Assembly (NCBI RefSeq): GCF_031769215.1
Contig: NW_026782000.1
Location: 248,001 to 312,000, forward strand
DNA length: 64,000 nt
Direction: 5' to 3'
Source: Ylistrum balloti
Taxonomy: Eukaryota
The notes beneath the pieces were generated by a model. It did no database searches. It was not told where the DNA came from and saw only the letters and a program-made list of their open reading frames with translations. Of this stretch, positions 40,191 to 52,309 are shown piece by piece; the stretch's first letter is position 1; the number at the start of each line of letters is the position of its first letter. A program made the translations under genes and the position numbers.

Positions 40191-41512
40191 GTTGCGAATA
40201 CCACTTCATTATCAGAGCAATAGAATTACCCCCATTGTCGGCAGAGTTTTATCTGAAGTATATTTTCACAGAGCACGGAGATAGCTCAGTGTCAAATTTA
40301 ATGTTTGATGAAAACAATGTTTTAATTTTAATGAAATACTTCTAGCGAACTACTGATGACTACTTCTGCCAGTAAATTATCATGATGTTCTATGATGTCA
40401 ATATAAATGTATTGCATTTACTGGGACAAAATTACACTGAATTATTGGATCTCAAAAACATACTTTTACAGGCATATACACAAAATCAAATTTTACATAC
40501 ACATGGAATACCATTCAAACTTTGATTACCGTCTTGGAGACCAACTTGCCAATTTTAAAGATAGAAAGTCAATGAAAACTTTGGGGAAGTTATTACACAT
40601 GCCCTGTCGACTTATTGGTTCTTATTGGAAAATAATAAATATGTATGGTTCATCGAAACCTGATTTGTAGTGTGTTGATGATACACATCGTACTCTTAAC
40701 ACCTAGACACCGTAACACTTGGACTTATTCTCGTAAGTTTCCAGAGTCTCCATATAAATCTTTCTTTCGTTCATATTTGCTCAACATCGAATTTGGGTTT
40801 AAGTAAAGATTCTATTAACATGTTGGTATTTTCTGTATTGATTTTACATTATATCGGAACAAACGTTTTAGACATTCAACAAGATATCATGCAATACGGC
40901 AAAAACATGTACATAGATATTAATTAATTCTAGAGGAAAACGAAGACAAAGAAATCATAGTTCAATGTACATTATTATTTAATGGATAAGCTGCATTATC
41001 TTTTGTGACGTATTTGGTTCCGGCAAGTTCTTGAATTCTGCTGACGACAACTATTTGTTCAGTCCACACATCAACACAATGGTCATCAAGTTTAAAGACA
41101 CAAGCTCTAAATAACGAGTTCAAGTTCAAAAGTTTTTGATCACTAAGTACATCAACCGCACACCACAATTTGATCCTGGGCCCTATGAGAGTGTCATCGA
41201 TCACAGTTTATTGACTCATTTAATAAATCATTAGCACGGCGGACAAATTGGCAAGAAGGAACTTAAAACAATTGTTGTAAACGTGTGTTGCTTGTGTCCT
41301 TTATGTGGCCGTGCTGTAGGACGTCTTGCAAATGGTTAAAATGGTTAGGAAGATGGATACAACCATGATGTTTTGCTATTTATAATTTAATCAAGCCAGT
41401 CACGAATGTCACTGCTTCATGAAAAGAAGCCGTATCGCTGTCACGCATGCGCTAGATAACCATATCTACATATATTTTTCATTTGAAATAGATGATAACA
41501 TGTTTGAAGCAC

Positions 41513-43579
41513 TTACATGGGATCATTTTCATTTATTTTGTACACCTCCAAAGAAGTCGACTCCTTCAATGACGTCACCACAAACTCCAGTTTGGTAGGA
41601 TGGACTACTATTCCATATGCTTTGGTGATATCAGACAATTTTGGAAGGATTTCCCTTCCTCGTGACAAATCAGGTGACAAAACAAAGATGTTTCCCGAAC
41701 CCAGACCACATACGTATATATTGCCATCTCTATCCTGTCCCATACCTCTGGGTTCCCTCAGACAAGGATCTCTGTACCTTGCGATTTCTTTCCCATCCTC
41801 TAGCTGGGTACACACAATGTCATCAATATCTTTATGGTATACGGCAGCTTGTGAAACGGTAGGGTATGTAAATGATCCCATTTTCTTGAATGATCTAATC
41901 ATATCTCCATTCACAGACATAACATCTACGCTTCGATCCGTTCCAGCACACATGTTCTGGCCGTGCACCGTAATGCCCCACGTTTGCATCGGGCTCTTAA
42001 AACTGTTTACTGTGGACAATTGACCATCACGTAATGTAAATCTAAATATTTTGTTGTCCACCACCGCGACAAATAAATCTTGATCTGAATGCCCAAGTGC
42101 TATGTCAGTAGGGTTCCCGTCGACAGCATGTTCATCTAGATATGAATATTTGTCATTGAACATTATGAGCCTTTTGTTGTAGAAATCCGTGACAATTAAT
42201 TCTCCTTTGTCAGTAAAGACTCCTCCTGATAGGCATATTTCTTCCGTTTGTCCTAATGAAGCACTCTTTACTGTTGCCATAAGAGAGACCGATCCTTTCC
42301 ACACTTCTAATTTTTCTTGTATTAACTCTACAGAAAGATGATGCAATGATCCTTCGACGTCGGAGCCGGAAACCGTGCACGCAAAGGATGAAGCTGATGG
42401 CGTTGATAGCAGTATCTCAAACATGTTGTTGACACACTTTCTGGAATCAAGTGAAACCTGTGAAGTTTTAGATGTCATGTTGATATCTGCTGCGGATGTC
42501 AGTTCCATCATGTTGTCAAAAACTGTTGGCATATTGACTGTAACTTCAAAACTATTTGGAAGTCTCCACGTGTGATGATCCACACGTTGGAAATGTGCTA
42601 ACAGTTGTTGTTTTATTTGTTCTCTAGCGATGAATATATTGTGAAGATCTCCTCGCTTTTCTAACCGTGACATCAAAACTCTACAGTTATCGGCATTAGC
42701 CTGAAATGTTTTGATATGCTTCTGTCGGATAGATAGATATTGCTTGCAGTGGTTAAATTTCTGTCGAAGATCTGACTGAAATAATCCATTCAACTCATCA
42801 AGCTTGTTCTTAGCACGTTGCACCGCTTGTGATATTTTGTCAGATATCTCTTTTTCTTCCGAAGCTAGATTAACCATCTCTGATTCGTCTTCATTCAGCA
42901 TCTTACTTAGTTCTTCTGCGATCTTCCCCCATTCTCCCTCATGATGTGGCTTTCCTGCCATGGCTTTACTTGAAACTTCTTTTATTGATTTGATATTATT
43001 GCAGTGTCTGTGATGAAGAGAGACACAAACCCCACAACACAATGATTTGTGATCGAGGCAAAAAACATCTATAATCTTTTCATCGTGATTGGAACACAAA
43101 CCATTGATCGATAAGTCATGGAGATCAATAGCGCTGCATACCTCTGTCGCTGATACAAGTACATGTTTTGTCGACGTTCTGTTCTTTTTGTGTGCAATTC
43201 TACATTGTTTACATAGAAAATCTGGACAGTCAAAGCAAAAAACTTCAGCTGGATTTGCCTCATTCTCGCGACAACAAGCATCACAGACTTTGTCATCTGA
43301 TGATGTAGCTGATGTGGAACCAATGAACAAACGATTGATAGGAAATGATAACGCCCAGGTATTCACAGGTTGGGTAGTATCACTTGGAGCTATTGGTGCA
43401 TCACAGACAGGACAAGGAAAATAGAGTCTGTTCTCGTCAGTAGTCACGTGTTCGTTAATGATGTACTCCTTCAGACACGTGTAACAGAACGTGTGATGGC
43501 ATGTCAGCTTCCTGGGGCGCTTGCATTGGTTGAGGCATAACAAACATTTGTATTCTGGACCTGGCTCAACTTCTGCCAT
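41513..43579 (-). CDS. TRIM-family E3 ligase: RING (C3HC4), 2 B-boxes, coiled coil, NHL-like beta-propeller; 688 aa, single coding exon
   Basis: CLLC..RPRKLTCHHTFCYTCL..CPVC; CDAC..C.DC.DFLC..C..AH; CSNH..FC.DH..LCC..C..HH.HC; repeated D/G-x-I-x-V-T-D-type blades. An acceptor (ttttacag) ends at 43617, so the ORF-track start at 43792 is intronic and MAEVEP (43579) is the likely start. Confidence 0.93.
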   Translation of the reverse strand: MAEVEPGPEYKCLLCLNQCKRPRKLTCHHTFCYTCLKEYIINEHVTTDENRLYFPCPVCDAPIAPSDTTQPVNTWALSFPINRLFIGSTSATSSDDKVCDACCRENEANPAEVFCFDCPDFLCKQCRIAHKKNRTSTKHVLVSATEVCSAIDLHDLSINGLCSNHDEKIIDVFCLDHKSLCCGVCVSLHHRHCNNIKSIKEVSSKAMAGKPHHEGEWGKIAEELSKMLNEDESEMVNLASEEKEISDKISQAVQRAKNKLDELNGLFQSDLRQKFNHCKQYLSIRQKHIKTFQANADNCRVLMSRLEKRGDLHNIFIAREQIKQQLLAHFQRVDHHTWRLPNSFEVTVNMPTVFDNMMELTSAADINMTSKTSQVSLDSRKCVNNMFEILLSTPSASSFACTVSGSDVEGSLHHLSVELIQEKLEVWKGSVSLMATVKSASLGQTEEICLSGGVFTDKGELIVTDFYNKRLIMFNDKYSYLDEHAVDGNPTDIALGHSDQDLFVAVVDNKIFRFTLRDGQLSTVNSFKSPMQTWGITVHGQNMCAGTDRSVDVMSVNGDMIRSFKKMGSFTYPTVSQAAVYHKDIDDIVCTQLEDGKEIARYRDPCLREPRGMGQDRDGNIYVCGLGSGNIFVLSPDLSRGREILPKLSDITKAYGIVVHPTKLEFVVTSLKESTSLEVYKINENDPM

Positions 43580-44416
43580 TTCAGGATCTCTTAAATCATC
43601 AAATTGTCTTTGCTTCCTGTAAAATACACATAATTGAAAAGGTGTAATGATCAAAATACTTATTGTATATTCCGTTCTTTTATACCTGCTTATAAGACCT
43701 ATACATTTTTTAATAATCAATCTAATTATTCCGATACCATATATGTATTTTAATGATATTTCCCACATACACTCTGTAACGTTGATATACAAGACAAATA
43801 TGTGAACAAAATGAATTGTTGAATGTCTCCTCCTTCAGTGCCATGGGGGTACTTCGGACATTATACCGGTATTACTTTTTCGATTTTTTTTTTTATAATT
43901 TCATTTAATTAGGTCAAGTCATACAAGAAAATACAGGGAAAAGCATGTACATAAAGACAACATGAGTGCCCTTTTGTTTGGTTTGTTCCCAAGCATGATT
44001 ATTCTACGACTGTTTACGTTAATAATAATATATGATCAATGAGGTGATACCGACGATACGAACAAGCGACCTGCCGCTTTATCAAGACACAAATATTACA
44101 TAAATTACATCACATACATAGAACATAAAACAAATACAAAGTTATAGATCTAAATCGCGAGCGGTGGTGTAAATTTAGGTGTCTCGATAATCCCTTCGGT
44201 CGATGGACGCCTAAGGCCTTTTACAAAAGACAAAAAGTAAACATCCTTAGCTGTTGTATGGAAGGTGGTGATTAGAATGTCAAAAATGTTTTATATCAAT
44301 CTCGGTATGTTTTGCACTCTAGACACTGAGATTATATGTGATCACATCGGAAACGATATTACAAGATTTCGAATTTTCTATTGCAATGATCTTAATTTAG
44401 TGAGGAGTGAGGCGCT

Positions 44417-44452
44417 ATGCCTCTTACGAAAAGACTGCGTTCTTTAACAGAG
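44417..44452 (+). CDS. Candidate exon 1 of the SET-domain gene
   Basis: ATG CCT CTT ACG AAA AGA...GAG|GTAAGT; 36 nt, phase 0, which matches the phase of the next exon. Confidence 0.5.
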
Positions 44453-44589
44453 GTAAGTTATCTGTCACATTTTATCTTAACAACGGTAGCTAGCCCCCAT
44501 GAAAAATTATATAGCTTTCCAACATTTAAAACTGAATTAACTTTGTTAAAAATAGCCTGATTCAACAACTTTATTTCTCACTTGCTTAT

Positions 44590-44710
44590 AATGGCCGCCT
44601 CTGTGCGGGATCTCTCTAGATTTGTCATTGTAACTTGACATTCCCGCTCATTTATTTTTGCTATGTTTACAAGCACAAATCTAGAGAGATTCCGCATAGT
44701 GACGGCCATT
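44590..44710. repeat. 121-bp inverted repeat (about 45-bp arms, ~30-nt loop)
   Basis: AATGGCCG..TGCGG.ATCTCTCTAGATTTGT..TTGTAA at 44590-44634 pairs with 44665-44710. Confidence 0.85.
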
Positions 44711-45651
44711 CCAAATAATAAAATAAGTGGAAGTAAGTGTACATAGTTTACAACATTTAATTGTTTTGATACATATGCACGTACACTGTAGGTAGAAAAA
44801 TGTTTTATCTTTCCATCGACGTATAATTTATAAATATCGCGTTGTCATAAATTATCTAAAATATTGCTTGAACGCCGACCCTTGCAGGGGTCGCTAAAAT
44901 TTCGCGTTTTTTTGTAAGGAAGAATACTCTAACTATTGACCGCGACCATGTCAAAAATAAAATCGTGGTGAGATAGTCAGAACCCTTCAGACTACTCTTG
45001 CCTTAATTAAGGGGTTAGGCCGATTACAGGTGGTTCACACCTCCTTTGTTTATATAATTATAAGCCAGTGCCCTAGTGTCTGGGTTGAGTGGGCTGACTG
45101 TAATATATTATATATCAATGTATGATAAGGACTTTTTACTTCGTTGTGACAGAATATAAAGAAATCAATTTGCATATAATATGACCAACAGAAAGTAGCA
45201 GTCACATGACAATTCTGATCCGGAAAGTCTCTAGCTAGTTATATACATGTATACGACAATGATTAAGGTTTCAAGTACACATGGCCACTTGAGCCAGAGG
45301 TGACGGTTTCCGGTTTGCGTAATGAAATACAAGTGTGAGTATAAACATTAGTAATACATTGTTGCGTGTGAACATATTGGATACAGAAAGTGTAATCTCA
45401 TCAGAGTAAGAAATTTTATTGATTTAATAAAGTTTTACTGGTAACATTGACATAAGACCAATATTTCCTATTTTGTCGTGTACTCGGGTAGACATTTTTG
45501 AAACAGGTCACTGTTCAAACCCGACCCGTGTCCGGGAACTCATGACAGCCTAATTTTTTTAACCATCAATTTCTGTATAGCCCCATTTTTGAGAGATTTT
45601 TCTTGAAATCTTAACAGATTTTTATAATTGTGTAATATATTTTCTTTTCAG

Positions 45652-45718
45652 AAAAAGAGTAATGGTCCAAAGACAAGGCCACTTGATGACTTCATCATTG
45701 TAAATATACCAAAAAAAG
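45652..45718 (+). CDS. SET-domain gene exon 2
   Basis: KKSNGPKTRPLDDFIIVNIPKKG; tttcttttcag acceptor, G|GTATAG donor, leading into the SET GKG motif. Confidence 0.7.
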
Positions 45719-46195
45719 GTATAGCATCTTTTGTATTGAAAATCCATTCAGAACAATTTAAAAGGATCATTAAATATATTGTCAGACATACAAAGAAAAG
45801 TGTTTAATATATATTTTATTTCTTTTTTATGCATTTCGATTTACTTCAAGAATGATTTTTTTGCTAAAACTACAGAATAGAAGAGTAGAGTAATGATTTA
45901 CAACTGCACAAGGACTTGATGGTATTAATGATGTAGTAAATAAGAAATTTAACTGCGGATCCTAGTGCTTATAAATCTCACTTATAGTGTTCAGGACAGT
46001 ACATTATTTATATATGTCACATCATCTGATTAATTCATTATACAATTCTGATTAATTTGTGTTAAACTTATATATTATGTATTCAGAATGAGATTTATTT
46101 GAGCTAGCATCAGTCATTAGATATTGTGTGTTAAGATTAAAGTTGACAAATTAAATATGCAGAATTTAATATCAAAATGTAATCTTTTCCCATAG

Positions 46196-46336
46196 GTAAA
46201 GGTGTGCTGGCAAAAAATATATACCAAAAGGGGACACTGTGCTGGAGTATTGTGGTGTCATAAGGACAGATGAACCACATCAAAGTGAGGATGACACATA
46301 TATTTTTGAATGTGTCTTCAAAGGCAAACAGTACTG
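46196..46336 (+). CDS. SET-domain gene exon 3 (-1 frameshift in an A6 run at 46212-46217)
   Basis: GKGVLA[fs]KYIPKGDTVLEYCGVI...YIFECVFKGKQYW. The exon is 141 nt, but 142 are needed to link phase 1 to phase 2. Confidence 0.75.
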
Positions 46337-46960
46337 GTATGTAAGATAGCATCCTGGTTTATTGCATGGTGTCCTAATTTCAGCTGGGCATAGTTTGCAG
46401 GTAGACCATTGCATATTAAGAACAAAATCCATCCAAGTGCCCAACAGAACATTTACATAGGTAGTGCAGTTTTTTTTAAAGCAGCATTTTCAGGAAATTG
46501 GGAAAATTAAAAATTACTTATTAAAGCCAAAACAAAGTTTTTTTTTTCAAATTCTATGTTTTTATATTGGCCGAAAAAAATTCCTATGTTTTTATATTGA
46601 CCGAGTACTCGTTCTGTAATCATTTCAAAGGTTTCTGAAAATAAATGGCCACATTATAGTTCCGTAATGTTAATTACAGGTAAACTTTCCTAGTTTTGAA
46701 ATTTTTAAGAGATCCACATGCTCTTGTTTTTCTTTGTCTTTAATCAGTAATTTTCGTACTGCATGTTCCGTCTAGATTCCACCCCAGATCTTGTTTTTAG
46801 TCTCATCCCCGCATACAAAATGGTGGCACCCATGTTTTTGTTTTGTTTCACTTTGGGACGATAATTAAGCAAGTTAGTGTCACAACACACTGTTTTAACA
46901 CGACAGAATTTGAGAATAGATTCTTATAATATAGTTTGCGTTGTTCAGTACAACTTGTAT

Positions 46961-49049
46961 GGGCAAGGATCAGATAAATGGAAATAGTTACGGGCGTCAC
47001 ATATAAGACTTATTTCTCAATAAAAAATATATGAATATTTCATCACAAGAGTTATTTTAATTCAATTTTGACAGTGCATATAACTGAAATAACATGGTGT
47101 CAGCACCTGTTAAAATATTTGATTAATATATTAATATAAGGGTATTCAGAACCATGCATGTCAAAATCCTAAATTTTCAGTTTTGTGAAAATGAGCCAGA
47201 AAAGATGAAGCATAGGCATCAAATTTAAGATATTAAAGATAATAAATAAACCAAATAATTAAAGTAATCATCTGTTTTATCGTTTAAAAATATAAAGACA
47301 AAATGCTGTGATGGACGTAACTTGAAGGGTCAAACATGATGTCGCTAGATTTTTGGTTTTATTTTAGTGTGACCCAACGCAGCATAATCAGGAAAAAAAT
47401 GACTACATAAATAGTATCAATTAACGAAGTGCAGAACGTTCTAGACATGTCAGAGTATATATTGAGCTAATTTGAAGTATTTTGCTTCCCCCGTGTGGAA
47501 TTCGGTCAATTTTGTTACAGGCGTTCGGGTCCGGTAATTTACGGTTTCCGGATACTACATTGCGACACGATTTGCTGTTTCCATCTTTAGTGTGCCATTG
47601 TGTGTATAACGTCACCAAAAGTGGTGTACAGTCGGAAGATGGCTTCTGTGTGGGTGAGTATGTGCGAACGGTCAACATATTCTCAGTTGTTACGGGCATC
47701 ACGTAATTTTATGAATGTGAATAGATGACGAACGGTACGATCAATGTATACAATTTTGAGTTGTGATTCAGTTTGACACTGTCACGCATTCATTCAGACG
47801 TTTTTTCGAAAATAAATGTAGAGCACAAGGAGTATGATGAACGATTTGCCGGTCGCCCGTAACATTTTGACAAGTTATGCATGAACGTATGTAACAGATT
47901 GACAGTTAGTCATGTCAATTGTTACGGGCGCACCATCGTCTTAAAATTTACAGCAGATTTTTTGTAACTGAGTTTCTTCGCATTACTTAACTTGAAACTA
48001 TTATAACGAAATTAAACATTTGCAATTTTACACGAACAATCGTCGCCGCTGGGCCATATTTCACATACCTTGTGACGGACACATTACTTTGACATCAGTG
48101 AATGCTTTGGACGTAATATTTTTAAAGGTACATATTATTACTAACATTGCTGGAAAATAATTCAATAATTCAAAAGATAAGATATAAATAACAAATTTTG
48201 ATAAAACACTAAAATAAGTACTTTACTCATTGTTAAAAAACATTTAAGATAAAAAAAAACCACATAAGTAACTGCTTTTTTGCTAAAATACTTACATATT
48301 TTTATTACATCTTATTCCAGATTTCTAACAGATGTGACATGAGCTGACCAAAGATGGCTGTACATGATGTGAAACGTTCAAAATAAAATTGATTGATTCG
48401 TAATTGTTTTAAATCTCTTTCTTTCTTTGTCACTTGCAATATCTGTGTCAGTTTGTTACCTCCAACCAAGCTTCAAGTTATCAACATGTCAATCTGTCAA
48501 AAGTTACGTCCATAAGGAAAAACAACCTAAAATGTTGAAATGTTTGAAAATTTGGCATTATTATAATTGAAAGCATTGCTTTAGTCTTGAAAATTATTGA
48601 TTTTCATAAAAGAAATACAATACATTATGTTTCTTCTGAACTTGGATGCTTTAAATAATAATAAAAAAATGATGCATAATACTGTTACGTCCATCACATC
48701 AATAAAATAGGTGAAATGGTGCTTTTGGAAAATAGCTGCTTTACTTAAAAGAAACACTTGGATAATACTGCTCTATATTTTCTAAATGGCTAATAAAATC
48801 TTCAATATGTGGTGCTAAAAATGCCAAAAAACATTGATTTTAAATGTCAATGTTACGTCCATCACAGTTGTCCACTTAAACTTTATAGCATTTTATTTTC
48901 AATTGAAATGGACCAGTTATCTTTTATTTGCTTTTATTAAGAAGAAAAGGTTTCAAGCTTTATAAAAAGCCTAAAAAATAAGGTTTTCAACAACAATTAA
49001 AAAGTCGATGTGACGCCCGTAACTATTTCCATTTATCTGATCCTTGCCC
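46961..49049. mobile_element. Non-autonomous DNA transposon, Sola2-like (2089 bp)
   Basis: Perfect 42-bp TIRs (GGGCAAGGATCAGATAAATGGAAATAGTTACGGGCGTCACAT at 46961-47002 and 49008-49049) and a 4-bp TSD GTAT on both sides. GRG termini plus a 4-bp TSD fit Sola2. No intact transposase ORF. Confidence 0.85.
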
Positions 49050-49893
49050 GTATAGGTGTCGTATTTAAGTTGAATTCAGTTCGCGAATCATCTGCTTAAT
49101 AGGCAGAATGCGGGTTCCGTTCAAACGTACTAATGATCTTGGGCTCACGTAAACGCTTGAACATCTAAGAAAAAAAAAACACAAAAACAAACACTTACGG
49201 TGCTTGGGCAGAAACTGGCAATTAGTAGGATATCAGAAATATTCACCGCCATCAATAAAGTCAGGTATCAATTGGGAATTTTACCATCAGTTTTGGGAAA
49301 ATTTTACCTTTTTTTGGCAAGGGAAAGCCGCCTATATTCGGTGGTAAAAACGACCAATAAATCAGTGTTAAGTGGTGTATGAACTCAATCTAGCACCTCC
49401 TTAAATGACCCTGGCTGTCAATAGGACATAAAACAACAATAAACAACTAAAAAATTGTAGGAAAGAATTTTACAGGCTTTTCACCACTAGGGCTTATTTG
49501 CCCTTCACAGTAAGAGCTACGCTAATATTAGCACTTTGAGACATTTGGTTATATAAATTAGAAAAGGATGTTTACATATTTAACATATTTAATTATTGTG
49601 ACCTTAAAAGTGGGTCAAGGTCATTTATACTTGTATTGTAAAACTTGACTACCAATGACATTCACATCTTACATACTACTAGTTCCAAATTATTCTAATG
49701 TTCTATCGACTCTTCATAAAGTTCTGGTATTGATGAATGTAAGAACTCTGTCCTGACAGAAATAAGGGACCGTGCCTTAGCTAGCATTATAAGGGTGACT
49801 ATAATTATATCATAATATATGGAAATAATTTGTCGTGTTGACCAGCTTTAATTAGATCGGAGACCCTGGTGTCTACATTTTAGAGACCCCAAT

Positions 49894-50334
49894 CAGGGTT
49901 TTTGCCAGGTATCTGTACCGGACCCATTCCCAATTTCAATCTGTATTTTCCCAATTTGAATTTGCTAACAGTTTTTACGAGTTTTGAGTCATTAGGCCTA
50001 ATCATGTCAACTACACAAATGTACACACGTATATTGGTGAGCGTGCGCTGGGAAGTCAAATCATATCTGTGTTTAAATTGCACGTTGTATAAGGACTTGA
50101 ATGCAAAGCGTTTACGGTACATTGACATGTTTTTTAATGGTATTGTCACATAATTCTAAATACTACACAAAAAAGATTTTGGGGAAGGATTCAAAGGATT
50201 TGGTGAAACTTACTAGTATTTTCCCAAAATTTATGAAATACCAATGATATTTTCCCAATTTGTGGAAAATGCCGATGATATTCTCCCAATTTTTGCTCAG
50301 GGTCCCTTTCCCAAAATAGCTGGCAAAAACCCTG
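49894..50334. mobile_element. 441-bp MITE with 15-bp TIRs
   Basis: CAGGGTTTTTGCCAG (49894-49908) and CTGGCAAAAACCCTG (50320-50334), flanked by CCAAT on both sides. Confidence 0.8.
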
Positions 50335-50879
50335 CCAATGTGGCAATTTGACAGTGATTTCACTATACTACAACCTGTTGTAAGTCTTCATTTTAAATCA
50401 GTGATCTTCAGTAAATAATTAACACAAAAAAACTCTTGCTGTGTATTAATATTTTTCACTACCATATTTGTCCGCCAATAGGCCCATGCTCAGTAATAAG
50501 CCCACCCCCTTTTTTACCAACATTTGTGCATTAGGCGGGGGGGGGGGGATGTCCGGTAATAAGCTCATCCCCCACTTCCGACCTCAGTAGTAAAAAATCC
50601 ATGTAATGTGCACACTTGTGTAATATGAGTACCCTCAACTTTGGGTCTAAAAATGCTAAAAAAATGCTTCTATTCGGGTAATGTGTGCATGATTTTCCTG
50701 TCAAAAACAATGTCCAACATACCTGGAACACTCACTCACTTGAGCATAAAATCTGTTTGTTCATGGTTTATCAGCGAAGTGGGATAATTTTACAAATAAC
50801 ATTTCTGATTTTCAGTAAATCTATAATGAGAAATCAAAACATGACAAAGTTTTAGCGGTATGCCAACTTTTTTTTACAG

Positions 50880-51321
50880 GTTAGATGCAACGCATGATGA
50901 TGGATCACTAGGCCGTCTGATAAATGATGACAGGAAGCCAAACCTGAAACCAAAGATGGTTCCGATTTGTGGAGAGCCCCATATTTTCTTCTATGCCATC
51001 AGAGATATACATCCAAGGGAGGAATTGTTATACTGCTATGGAAATGGTCCATATCCCTGGAGAAATACTACAAATGTAAAGGACGCTCCAAATGATCTTG
51101 TATCCAGTATACAGAAGGATAGTATACCTGTGACAGAAACTGATGATACTGCTACATACAGTTCCAATGAACCAGCATCTGACATTTCTGTCTCAATGGT
51201 CAACATCCCTGCATCTGCAACTGATGCCAGCAAACCAGATAATGACTTTTGTTTTTGTTGTTCTAATAATGAGACGGATTCAATTTACGGAAATAATTTC
51301 ATTTTTTCCCACAATTTTTGA
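50880..51321 (+). CDS. SET-domain (KMT5A/SET8-like) gene exon 4
   Basis: LDATHDDGSLGRLIND..PNLKPK..EPHIFFYAIRDI..REELLYCYG..YPWR matches the SET RxxNH / ELxxDYG motifs; tttttacag acceptor. Confidence 0.85.
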
Positions 51322-51355
51322 CATGTTTTGTTCTTATCTTTGTCAGATGGTAATA

Positions 51356-51532
51356 CAGTGTAACTTGTCTAAACCGGCCCCTGTGTAAACCGGATCTCTC
51401 TGTATTCCAGCCAAAATGTTTGGTCCCAGCAATGGAAAATGTAAGCAATGTTGACCTCTACAAACCGGACACCTGGGTAAACCGGCCAAAAAGTTTGGTC
51501 CTGGTGACATCCGGTTTAGACAAGTTACACTG
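51356..51532. mobile_element. 177-bp Tc1/mariner (pogo/Tigger-type) MITE
   Basis: Perfect 22-bp TIR CAGTGTAACTTGTCTAAACCGG, TA target duplication at 51354-51355 and 51533-51534. Confidence 0.88.
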
Positions 51533-51633
51533 TATATTGCATCTGTTTGTGGTGCTTGTGTTCGATTTGAAAGAAATAATAATAAAAAATAAACCTCAAT
51601 GATTTATCTCGCCTTTTGTGTTACTTAATACAG

Positions 51634-52128
51634 TATTGCCCCTAGGGGCTGATAAGAGGGACTATTGCCCCTAGGGGCTGATAACAGGGACAAAGGATCA
51701 AACTGAATGAAAGATTAAATTTACTATTTGATATCTTTTCACTGATAAACATTTGATTATAACATGGAGCAAAGTTGGTGAGAATTAAACGTGGAGCCAA
51801 TTTACCAAAGGTCAATGTCACTGGGGGAAAGGTCAAGGTCAAATGTGGTATCTAGTCACTGATAAATGTTGTTTTCACATGATAAAGCAAAATTGACTGG
51901 AATCAAACGAGAAGTAAAATGACAAAAGGTCAAAGTCACTGGGCAAAGGTAAGAAAAATCCGCCCCTGGTCGCTGGGTTAGAGCAGAGACCTATATCACC
52001 ATGGTTATATAGCTAGGTCTCTGGTTAGAAGTCTGTTTGATATCTCTCTTATTATGAAAACAAAATATCAATTATATGTATAAATACATCAGAACTCAGG
52101 TGACCATTAAGGCCCATGGACCTCTTCT
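51634..52128. mobile_element. Probable non-autonomous interspersed element
   Basis: Starts with a 29-bp tandem pair containing the palindrome GCCCCTAGGGGC, contains GGTCAAGGTCA motifs and ends GGCCCATGGACCTCTT, resembling Helentron-associated-type repeats. Family not verified. Confidence 0.35.
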
Positions 52129-52309
52129 ATATAGTAAAAGAATTATGAACTTTTTACTTGGTCAAAATGCTGTTCTATTTGCTAGAAGAAAACATTAACA
52201 AAGGCGATTGGCTGCATAGAAAACGGATATTAACCGATGTATCTTTTTCTATGGATAGTCAATATGAACGTATTAGCCAAGTAATACATATATATGTATA
52301 GAACATGTA

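Noticed and set aside
40962-41204. 80-aa minus-strand ORF downstream of TRIM
   Set aside because: No splice acceptor, no motif and no homology to the TRIM pair.
41517-43424. Plus-strand ORFs overlapping TRIM
   Set aside because: Antisense shadows of a long coding exon.
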